A DNA stretch of 62,150 nucleotides, the filler included, from Sphacelaria rigidula (lineage: Eukaryota), in the NCBI GenBank assembly GCA_964200075.2. It is 5 parts of 5 records of this genome, joined end to end, with 100 filler letters (N's around TTAATTAATTAA, not from the genome) between each part and the next. Parts side by side here need not be neighbours in the genome. Positions count along the whole stretch, not along the records: positions 49,805 to 62,150 come from CAXNAA020003869.1; 4 more parts are not named here. One strand, written 5' to 3'. The notes beneath the pieces are model-generated. The model was not told the origin of the DNA and made no database searches. It saw only the letters and a program-made list of their open reading frames with translations. The position numbers were made by a program, and so were the translations under genes. Positions within the stretch are counted from its first letter, which is position 1. Each line of letters starts with the position of its first letter. Below are positions 52,611-62,150 of the stretch, one piece after another.

Positions 52611-54719
52611 TCAGACCAAGGAAAGAGAGGAATAGGATAGTGCTAACTCAATCTTAAGATTCCCTTCTCCTTCGCCAACCACCGTTTCCGTCTCGACCTC
52701 CGAGTGTCTCGATACTGGCGGTGCAATTATACGATGCCGCTTGGGGCCTCGTCCACTGGTGAAACAGCCATCAGCACCACGGCAGTCGCTCGAGGATGAA
52801 ACAGACCGCCCGCTGGTCCTTCTTTCCCCACTGCGCACGGGAGTGCGACGAGAGACAACCAGCTCTAGCTTCATGTTCGCCTCCTTCTTGAACGTATGAT
52901 CGTTCCCCGCCGCCGGTTTCCCTGGGGCTTCTGGGAGCATCGAAGCGGCGGGGCTGCAGCCCTCGCGTACTGCACGACAATTATTAACGGCACTGGTTGC
53001 ATCGATACCAACACTGGTACATTTTTCATAGGTTGATTCTCGTCCGCGGATAGCGTCCTTACCTCCACCCTCGCCTGGGTCATAAGTTGAGAGGGGCGCT
53101 TCATGGCCGAACGTGGACGTATTGGGCATAGCCATTTCGACAGCATGCTTGCGGCAGAAACTCGTCTTGCTTCTACCCTCCAGATCGGGCATGATGTACT
53201 TGGAGCAGCCCTCCTGGCCGCACCTCTTGCTCACGACATCCACCATGCCCGCGCCAGCATGTGGAGCACCGAATTCCCCCCGCCTGCTGCATACCACACC
53301 GTATGACGGCCATTTGGAGAAGCCCTCCTGGCCGCACCTGTTGCTCACGACGTTGACCATACCCGCGACAGCATGTTGAGCGCAGAATTCCCGCCGCCTG
53401 CTGCCTACCACACCGTATGACGGCCATTTGGAGCAGCCCTCCTGGCCGCACCTCTTGCTCACGACATCCACCATGCCCGCGCCAGCATGTCGAGCGCAGA
53501 ATTCCCGCCGCCTGTTGCCTACCGTACCATATGACGGCTTTTTGGAGCAGCCCTTCTCGCCGCACCTCTTGTTCACGACGTCCACCATGCCCGCGCCAGC
53601 ATGTTGAGCGCAGAATTCCGCCCGCCTGCTGCCTACCGTACCGTATGACGGCCGTTTGGAGCAGCCCTCCTGGCCGCACCTCTTGCTCACGACATTCACC
53701 ATGCCCGCGCCAGCATGTTGAGCGCAGAATTCCCGCCGCCTGCTGCCTACCGTACCATATGACGGCTTTTTGGAGCAGCCCTGCTCGCCGCACCTCTTGT
53801 TCACGACGTCCACCATGCCCGCGCCAACATGTTGAGCATCGAATTCCCCCCGCCTGCTGCCTCCCGTGCCATATGACGGCTTTTCGGAGAAGCCCTCCTG
53901 GCCGCACCTCTTGCTCACGAAATCTGCCATGCCCGCGCCAGCATGTCGAGCGCAGAATTCCCCCCGCCTGCTGCCTACCGTACCGTGTGACGCGTTTTTG
54001 GAGCAGCCCTCCTGGCCGCACCTCTTGCTCACGACATCCACCGTGGCTGTGCCAGCATGTTGAGCGCAGAACTCTGCCCGCCTGCTGCCTACCGTACCGT
54101 ACGACGGCTTTTTGGAGCAGCCCTCCTGGCCGCACCTCTTCTTCACGACATCCACCATGTCCGTGGCAGCATGTTGAGCGCAGAATTCCCGCCGCCTGCT
54201 GCCTACCGTACCGTATGACGCATGTTTGGAGCAGCCCTCCTGACCGCACATCTTGCTCACGACGTTGACCATGCCCGCGCCAGCATGTTGAGCACAGAAT
54301 TCCGCCCGCCTGCTGTCTACCGTACCGTATGACGGCTGTTTGGGGCAGCCCTCCTGCTTGCACCTCTTGCTCACGACATTCACCATGCCCGCGCCAGCAT
54401 GTTGGGCGCAGAATTCCGCCCGCCTGCTATCTACCGTACCGTATAACGGCGTTTTGGAGCAGCCCTCTTGGCCGCACGTCCTGCTCATGACCATTAGCAT
54501 GCCCTTGACACCATGCTGAGTGCAGAATTCCACCCGCGTGCTGTTTGCCGTAACGTCTGGCGGTCGCTTCAAGCAATCTTCCATTCCGAACGTCTCACTC
54601 ACGACATCCAACGTGCCCGCGCCAGCATGTTGAGGGCAAAATTTCCCATTTCGACAACTCGCTACACCAAAGGAGGGCTCTATTGAGCACCTTACGGCGG
54701 AGCACTGAAGAGGTATCCC
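52611..54719 (-). CDS. EsV-1-7 cysteine-rich repeat protein (14 x 38-aa C-x4-C...FC-x2-H units plus low-complexity C-terminal tail)
   Basis: 666-aa ORF extends in frame to a tag| acceptor at 54719; consensus VVSKRCGQEGCSKxPSYGTVGSRRxEFCAQHAGAGMVD is the EsV-1-7 repeat; 114-bp DNA period; start codon uncertain. Confidence 0.9.
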   Translation of the reverse strand, partial: GIPLQCSAVRCSIEPSFGVASCRNGKFCPQHAGAGTLDVVSETFGMEDCLKRPPDVTANSTRVEFCTQHGVKGMLMVMSRTCGQEGCSKTPLYGTVDSRRAEFCAQHAGAGMVNVVSKRCKQEGCPKQPSYGTVDSRRAEFCAQHAGAGMVNVVSKMCGQEGCSKHASYGTVGSRRREFCAQHAATDMVDVVKKRCGQEGCSKKPSYGTVGSRRAEFCAQHAGTATVDVVSKRCGQEGCSKNASHGTVGSRRGEFCARHAGAGMADFVSKRCGQEGFSEKPSYGTGGSRRGEFDAQHVGAGMVDVVNKRCGEQGCSKKPSYGTVGSRRREFCAQHAGAGMVNVVSKRCGQEGCSKRPSYGTVGSRRAEFCAQHAGAGMVDVVNKRCGEKGCSKKPSYGTVGNRRREFCARHAGAGMVDVVSKRCGQEGCSKWPSYGVVGSRRREFCAQHAVAGMVNVVSNRCGQEGFSKWPSYGVVCSRRGEFGAPHAGAGMVDVVSKRCGQEGCSKYIMPDLEGRSKTSFCRKHAVEMAMPNTSTFGHEAPLSTYDPGEGGGKDAIRGRESTYEKCTSVGIDATSAVNNCRAVREGCSPAASMLPEAPGKPAAGNDHTFKKEANMKLELVVSRRTPVRSGERRTSGRSVSSSSDCRGADGCFTSGRGPKRHRIIAPPVSRHSEVETETVVGEGEGNLKIELALSYSSLSLV

Positions 54720-55061
54720 CTACACAGGACAAGGAAGGAGTCGAACTTCACACACGTCTCGTTGGCCGCAGAAATCCGCTCCGTCAGATCCGCTCCACGA
54801 CCAGGAGCATACCAACTGTAGTTCAGAAGTTTTTTCAAGAAAGGAGAGGAAGCCGGTTATTTAGCAGGGCGATACAGACGGTGTCAGCTTTTGCTCACTC
54901 GTTCGGCGCAGTCAAGAGAGGAGAGCAAACTAAAATGCCCTCAGGTCGTCGACAGAAGCACCATTAGTATGGTTCATCACAGCGAGCACCACCGCAGGTG
55001 CTAAAAAGTTTGGAAGAAGGCCGCATCTCGAGCACGAGAACGGCCTCTCTGTCCACCGCCT

Positions 55062-55134
55062 TGCTCCGTCTCGAAAGGGGTGCGTGGTCAATGGTCAAAC
55101 GACTAAGGCAAGCAACAAATGAGTACGCCCCCCC
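55062..55134 (+). mobile_element. LINE 3'-end fragment
   Basis: Near-identical to 51817-51890 (tgctccg.ctcgaaaggg.tgcgtggtc.atggtcaaac...agcaacaaatg.gtacgcccc). Confidence 0.8.
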
Positions 55135-58100
55135 NNNNNNNNNNCCCCCCCCCGGCCCCGGCCGAAAGGGGGGGAGGGTTCAAAGGGGAAACGACCAACG
55201 CAACAAAAAAAAGGGGGCGCCCCCCCCCCCCCCCCCGTCCACCGCCGGCGACAAATGGACCATACGGAAGAGTGGTCAGTTTGAAACGTTGAAAAAAAGG
55301 TCAAGAAAGTTCGAAGAGGATAGATCTCCTACCGGTACCCTGCTGCCCGAGAAAGGGGTGAACAGGGGTCAAAAAGTGGAAACTGCTGGTGTCTACGCGG
55401 TGTGGACTTTGATGGATTCGCAAGGGATCGCAAAAATGTGAATGTCATAATTGAGTGTCGGGTTAGTCTAATCAATAGTGTGGGTCGGTTCCGGCTGTAC
55501 CTGTGTACAAGGTTTCTGTTGCCTTCATGCTCTCCCAAAGAAGGCGAGTGAGATAGCGAACATAAACGCACACACGATGTGTCTACAGTTGCGTGTGAGG
55601 ATGTGTAGGGTCTCCGGTTCACCATAGGAAAATGACGCGAGCAGGCTTTCGTGCCGCTGTTCAGTACAAATCTGCTCTCGTATGGTAGTGCGTACCCATT
55701 TAAAAACCAGCACGCATCTTTTTGTCCCGCGGGTCTTCCAAGCTTTGATCGTTCAATTCGGCATATTTATCCCTGAGGCGATAAAAAAAAAACGTGGGCA
55801 GGACCTGTCACTGTAAATTGCTGAATAATCTGAACAATGCTGCACATCCGTTCTGTACGCACACGAATCAGCCTTGCAGTGCCTCAGAAACAGAGGTCCG
55901 CACCCGCACACATACTCAGGTGAACCTGTTATGGTATACCAGTGAAGGTTGGATATCTCCTCACGTTTTCCGATTATCACGAGTTATCACGAGTTATCAC
56001 GATTCTGGTGAATCCCAAGCTTTGAGAATAGAGAGACATGATTACCGATCACGATTCCCGAAGAAGCAACCCCCGACCAATCCCAGGAGCCTGGCCCGCC
56101 GAAAACCCGGCGTGCTCCGTCCGGGTTCTATAGGGATGCGAGGTCAATGGTCTTATGACCATGGCATGCAAGATAATGACCCGCTCGCCCCTCGCCCCCA
56201 ACCCACCCCTGCCCTACCGGACCGATCCTGAAGAAATGTGCTCACCGGTCGTTGGGGGCCCTACAAGTATACAACGCCTGCTTCTCGCTTTTGATATCTT
56301 CACTCGATCACGAACCGATTCTGTTCGTTGTAGTGAATAATTGCACCGTTCAGGCGTTGTGCTCTATCGATTTTCATGATGCTACAAATGAAGAAAACGT
56401 GTTTTCGGGTCATATACGTTCGATAACACTCCCTCGACAAACGGGGTGTCCTCCTCGTCTGACACAGCAAGACGGGGAAATGCGTCTTGAACACAACCCG
56501 CTTCTCTTCTCAACGCCTTGCGCATCTCAAACGTTCGAGTTACGGTGATCTTTCGCCTGCGAAAAAATCCCTATACAGTACCCCAAATAGTAAACGCGGA
56601 CTACTGCAACGCCTACGCAATTCGACACTGGCGACATGACTGCAGGTTTCGTGGGCGGCGACGCGTTCACAACCAACAACAACCTTGTCCCGTCATCCAG
56701 CGCAGAGGATCACCATCCCTGCACGCACTACATCACGAGAGCAATAGAGAGACCCCTGGTAGTGACCCTTTTGGACTAGATTGCTCGTATCGATGTTTTA
56801 TCTCTCACTTCGTGCTCATGAACGGTTATCTGAAAACTCATCTCAGTTTCTTGTGCGGGCAGGTCCACAACTTGGGTTGCTTGTCATATTAATAGTAATA
56901 ATCGAATGAGTATCGACGTTTACGTACGCTCAACATACCACGGCAGGAATTATAGCCTCTAAGCACAGCACTTTTAATCAAACGCTTCGTATGTACTCTC
57001 TTCAATTGATATGCTGTAGTGGGGAAGAATTCATGCGTGTCATGTCGGGTCAAACGACGTGACTCGGGCATGGCGCTCGAGTACGTTTTCCACTACACCC
57101 ATGACGAGATAGTTGACAACTGTAAAAGAAATCCAAGCTCAGGAAGCTCAATTCGCCAAAGCAGTCTGAATCGTGATTCATAGCGCGGAATTATGCCAAC
57201 AGCCCATGTGACAAAGACGGCCGACAAAGTTGGCTGTACCACTGTCAAGTCAACACGTTTCAGCGCACATGCTGATAGTTCCGAATATGATGCCGCTGAT
57301 AGTCCGGCGAATAATTGGAGGATGTCCTCTCCGTAGGCAAAGATTGATGCAAGCTGGACACGAGCGGATAGTGACAGGTTCGTTGAAGAATATTCGTTTC
57401 GTATCATATGAAGTACTTCGTCCCTGGACTATCACGCGGCGGTGTCACGAAAAACATCCCACCACGGACGGACCGTCCAGTTGTGGCCGACCCGATGCGT
57501 ACCAATGCACCACAGCACGCCAGTGGACTAGGCCTGGTGACATTTCGCACGCATAGGAAAATGGTTGCTGGCGGGATCATCGCCCATGGCAGTCTCCAAG
57601 CGTTACAGCTGAACGTGCAGTTACGAAAGTCGTGACCGAAGAGTATGACTGCTGCCCAAGGCGTGCTCGTTGATTCTCATTTCGTCAAGTAGGCAAAAAG
57701 CAGCGAAGCTTTCGATGCGAATATGAGTGCGGGGTATGGCTGACAAACTACGGGTGCAGTTCAGCATTGTGGACCATTTAAACTGATCGAGGAGGTGCTG
57801 CAGATTGCTCGAAAATGGAGGGATGAGAAAATGTGAAAGGCACTGTCTACCATCTGTGGGACAGGGGGGGGCGGGGAGTGTGGATATCTCAATGGTGAGA
57901 CTGTGCACTCTTGCGACTACGAAATGCCCGTCTGCGTCCATGGTACTATTTGCGACGCGTTGCGACTTGTATTTCACGTGCAGATGCTCCCACTTGACAG
58001 ATTCCTTCATTGGTGGCTGACGAACGCTTGGAAAAAACGAAAAATACAATCGATTCAGTTGTCGGTTGGTATCACGGAGAAAAAAACAGGGACCTGTAAA

Positions 58101-58441
58101 AATGGTTACCTGTTCTTACAGGGCGCATGGCCCGCCGCGCGTCGGGGTCAAACGGGTGAATCAACGACCAGTCTCAACAGATTTTGTGACTGCGCTTCCC
58201 AACAGATTCGGTCTTGTTACACGGAATACGGTTTCTGTCGTCGCAAGAGTGAGAAGTGAGTAGCAGAACAAAACCTCGGATGAAGTCGATGGGCTGCGGG
58301 ACTGCCGATCCAGTTCTGATACACTTCACTTTCACGCATGTCCCGGGGAGGCGATGGATTGACATCTTGAGGCCATGACCTCGTCCCGAGATGGGCAGGG
58401 GGTGTGGAATTATGATGACAAAAGCAAGTAGAACAATCCTT

Positions 58442-59506
58442 CAAGAGCAGATCGGGTAGGGTATGTACTTCTGAATACTCGGGTAAAATACCCGGTTTTT
58501 GTTTTTCACTCTACCAAAGGTTTGTGTAGATCGGTTATGGCCTCAATTTAGCCAATTTGAGTAGATTGGGTACGGCCTCAAATACTTTACCCAAATTTAG
58601 GGTAGAGCACTGCTCATGAGTGGACGCAAGTCGGTCGTCCACCCCACCACGCAGTTCCGTCACTCCCTGTCATGAGAAGAATGCTCAAGCATTCGCCAAC
58701 AAAAAATAAACACATCATACCCAACTACTGCTGCACTGTATCTATCACTGCGCCCAACTTGTGCTCTATGCAAGGTTGCGGTGGTAGCTGAAAATGAGTA
58801 GTGTGAGGTTTGCATGCTTCGGTGAACAGGTGGTATCTGGCGTGTTGGTCTCGTAGACAGGAGCTTAGTGCCCCTTAGTATCTTTCCTTCGCACGTTTTC
58901 GATCGAAAAAGACGAGGGCAGATCAGGTAGGGTATGTACTTTTAAATACTCGGGCAAACTACCCGGGTATTTACTCTACATGAGGTGTGGGTAGATTGGG
59001 TACGGCGTCAAACATTTCACCCAAAATCAAGGTATATTTCGGTACGACCTCAAATATGCCACCCAAACATTGGTTGGGTGGGTACCCTCAGCACTACCCG
59101 TGTGTAAAATATTACTTGGGTATAACCCTGGTACTTTACGCAAAAATTGGGTTAGGGTTAGGGTTAGGGTTAGACTGTTGAGTACGACCTCAGGCACTCC
59201 ACCAAATTTTGCGGTAGATCCGGAACGACTTCAAATATTCAACCCGCTTTTTGCGTACATTGGGTACGACCCTAAATACTCTACTCATAAATTGGGTAAA
59301 CACTCTCAGCAAAACCTGGGTATAGAGTATCTCTTGGGTATGACCTCAACACTCTACCCAAATTTGGGTATGTTGGGTATGATCTGCAATGCTCTTCCAA
59401 ACGTTTGGATAGTTTGGGTACGATTCCAATACTCTACCCAACTATTTCGGTACTACGAGTATGAAAAATACCGAGTATTGGGCATACCCTACCCGACCTG
59501 CCCTTG
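58442..59506. mobile_element. Non-autonomous hAT-type element with 8-bp TSD, subterminal repeats, duplicated 5' end and internal telomeric repeats
   Basis: TIR caagagcagatcgggtagggtatg / cataccctacccgacctgcccttg; TSD CAATCCTT at 58434-58441 and 59507-59514; second left TIR at 58913; many ttgggtacgacctcaa units; (TTAGGG)x4 at 59149-59173. Confidence 0.85.
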
Positions 59507-62150
59507 CAATCCTTCACTTCTTGCCGGCAACTATGCCCTCGTATTTCGATATTTGAGTGTGCATTTATTTCTCCAGCTCTACTTGTAATACGAATGGGTG
59601 AATTGCCGAGATGGCATCAAAACTGACAATACTATTTACAAACAATGCCATCAGTGACCACCCCCCTCCTGAAAAAAAAGGCGAAGTCACCAGCACGTCC
59701 TAGCGTTGTCATCATGCTAGCACAGATGACAACACATACGCTCTCGTGCGATGTAGCTTTTGTGAAGATTGGACGAAGGAATACATTTCCCCGCGCTGCA
59801 GCACAGCATGATAAATTAATGGTCAGATACAGCACCGCACATTCCCTGTAGTGTCAAACGGTACTACTGTACGTAGCCTCTGCGACATAGAAGTACTTTG
59901 CCAGTAGGTGCCAACACAGCTATGCCGTGTCCACATGATAGCACTGATTTTTTTCTCAAACTGCGAACCCTCCAGTACGGTACGTGGCGCTACGTCATAG
60001 CAGACAAACATGCTACGTTGGACCACAGTAGAAGCAAAAAGGCTGACGATGCCAAGGCATTACAATTCTAGGTGCGACTCATGGATACCCTTGAGTCACG
60101 AGTGAGTGGCGACACCCCCTGCAGAAATCCCTGGGCACCAGCGGGATTGCCCACGCGCTGCCAGTCCGCGGGCACTCCCTGTGTCTTCGCGTGCGCCTAG
60201 CGTTTAAAATCGGTGTATTTCAGGAGGAGTAGGTGAATGCCTGATCTCTTGAAGCGCTCGCCAAGCAGCTCTTGCACTCCGATGTGAACGACGGTATTTC
60301 GTTGCATCAAATTGCGAGTTGGTAGCCAGTGGTCGTGGAAGACTTGTGAGTGCCTTTCTACGCTGCTCTGACTTCGCGTTTGCTCCGTATCAGACGGACC
60401 CACAACCGCCCCATTTGCTACATTTCAACCCATATCATGGTGTCATGACAGTACCCGAAGCGGGCAAAGGAATGTTGAGCTTGCCTGTAGTGCTGGGTAG
60501 TTGTGTGTCTGGTACAAGAAGCAAGACATGGAGATTTCCACAAACTGTGACTTCACACATATCGGGTCTGTTCGACTTCGCGTGTGCATAGGGGTACCAC
60601 AGGACGATACCTCATCGCGTGTTTGTATTGCTGGTAGGAATCTATCTTTTGACACGGGGAATAGCGCCATTTTTTTCAAACGCACAACTAATAGCAATGC
60701 CGCCCGGCATGCAAGACATACGTCTCCTGTAGTTGCACCATTGACTGACCGTGTGCAGCTAGCTGTTGCTGCACCATTGCACTCACTGTGGGACTACGCC
60801 ATGTGCTCTGCCGTGAAACAAAACACATGTTGATTGAGCAAATACGTTTGAACGATCAGTCACATCTACGTAACTACCGACAGTACCGCGGCACGGCAGG
60901 GTCAGCAGAACCGATGGGAGGTGCAGCGCTCATCTGATCGCGTTCGCAGCTGCACTCCACAGTCAAGGTGCGCTCACTGGAGCAAGAAATACAACGCGTT
61001 CCTTCGTAGCTCTAGTTTGTACCATTGCCAAAGCACGTGGTATGCACTATGCAGCTGAGATCTTTGCAGTCACGTCGGTCGATTCAACTCTGTGCTTCGT
61101 GATGTTTGTGTAGCGGGGGGCAGTGCACCCCTGCTGGAACGCCCGCCCTCCATTCTTGCAGCAAGATGCCATTATTCAGCAAACGGGTTCGGTCTATCAA
61201 ATGTACGTGTGGCCCGTTTCCTCCGCATTCATACTCTACAATGCCGCCCTCAACATTACACCCAGCAGCTACGGGCACGAACGAGACCAGGAATCAGCGG
61301 CGGTCATCTGGGTTGGGGGCTCCATTGTGCCGGTATGGCGTGTTTCGGCCTCTGTCCTCGCGCTGCCACGTTCAAGCGTCCACAGTTCGAACTCGATAGA
61401 TACCTGGCTACGTCCGCCCGATGATCAAGGCTAGCGTTGCGTGAAACAGCAACGTTCTGCACCTATTAATAATCGCGAGAGCTTGTCAAATTCAGCTGGA
61501 TATCGAATGATGGGTCGCAGCAACGGATGGCATGCAAAACAAGGAAGAGGAGTACGAAAAATGACGCATACAACAGTGATTTGGGTCAAACGTTGTGTCT
61601 GAGCGGCCTAACGACACGCACGGAGTTTGGGCGTATGCGCAGTGATACATGGCTCCCTCCGAGGCTGGTCCCTGCTCAGCTTCACACACCCAAGGCTCGT
61701 TTCAACTGGAATTCATCCACTACTTTGTAGGGCTGTGCAGACCAGTTTGTACTGGCGATTAAACTGGAAGTGGAGTTCAACCGGAAGTGGTGATGGGGAC
61801 TCAAGTTTATCCAGTTTATTTCACGTTTGCCGTTATCGGCTATGTTTGTACCAATTGTAGTGTAATGAGTTCATAACAAAGATGCTCACATTGTTACGAA
61901 CACCATGACAGTAGAACTGGGGCCTGCACCTGACAGCAGTACAAGTACAGAGAGTACTCGTGGTACGAGCTGGGCTAGCCTAGAAGCAGACTTGGAGTTT
62001 GCAGGCCCATTCGCAATTCATGACTTAGAGCTGGACCCTTAAATTTGGTATGGACAACTGATATGGCATAATAAAACAAATTATGCATCCTCCTGAAGAC
62101 TGAAGTGATCGAGGTGATGTTTTACGGGTGCGCGACCTGGACGATCGCAC

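Noticed and set aside
53173-54363. 396-aa alternative-frame ORF and 283-aa antisense ORF over the EsV-1-7 array
   Set aside because: Stop-free frames are a by-product of a GC-rich 114-bp tandem repeat
52611-54719. Endogenous phaeovirus insertion
   Set aside because: No other viral genes nearby; EsV-1-7 repeat genes are a known host family
61123-61434. YQMYVWP resembling a METTL23-type methyltransferase start
   Set aside because: No convincing ELGAG motif; too weak to call

Overview
Eukaryotic, intron-containing, transposon-dense genomic DNA, most likely from a brown alga (Phaeophyceae, Ectocarpales-like). This rests on the EsV-1-7 repeat gene, a LINE tail typical of that group, GT-AG introns and TTAGGG repeats. 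The window is a scaffold with four 100-bp artificial gaps carrying a TTAATTAATTAA linker. Three host-type genes could be reconstructed by eye, all on the minus strand: (1) a classical short-chain dehydrogenase (5 exons found, 3757-9472; first exon not found); (2) a NOT4/CNOT4-like RING-RRM-C3H1 gene (about 41363-48296) with a degenerate RING; (3) an EsV-1-7 protein with 14 tandem 38-aa Cys/His repeats that vary mainly at two positions, reminiscent of a TALE or zinc-finger recognition code (52611-54719). Between them are a decayed AcademX-like DNA transposon ORF (transposase + XPG/PIN nuclease + Cys cluster, about 17.1-21.1 kb) cut by an LTR, a decayed Ty3/gypsy element (28.0-32.6 kb), LINE fragments, several MITE families with verifiable TSDs, a hAT-type element with telomeric repeats, and relics of unidentified short-intron genes. 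All family assignments come from motif recognition only; no searches were run.
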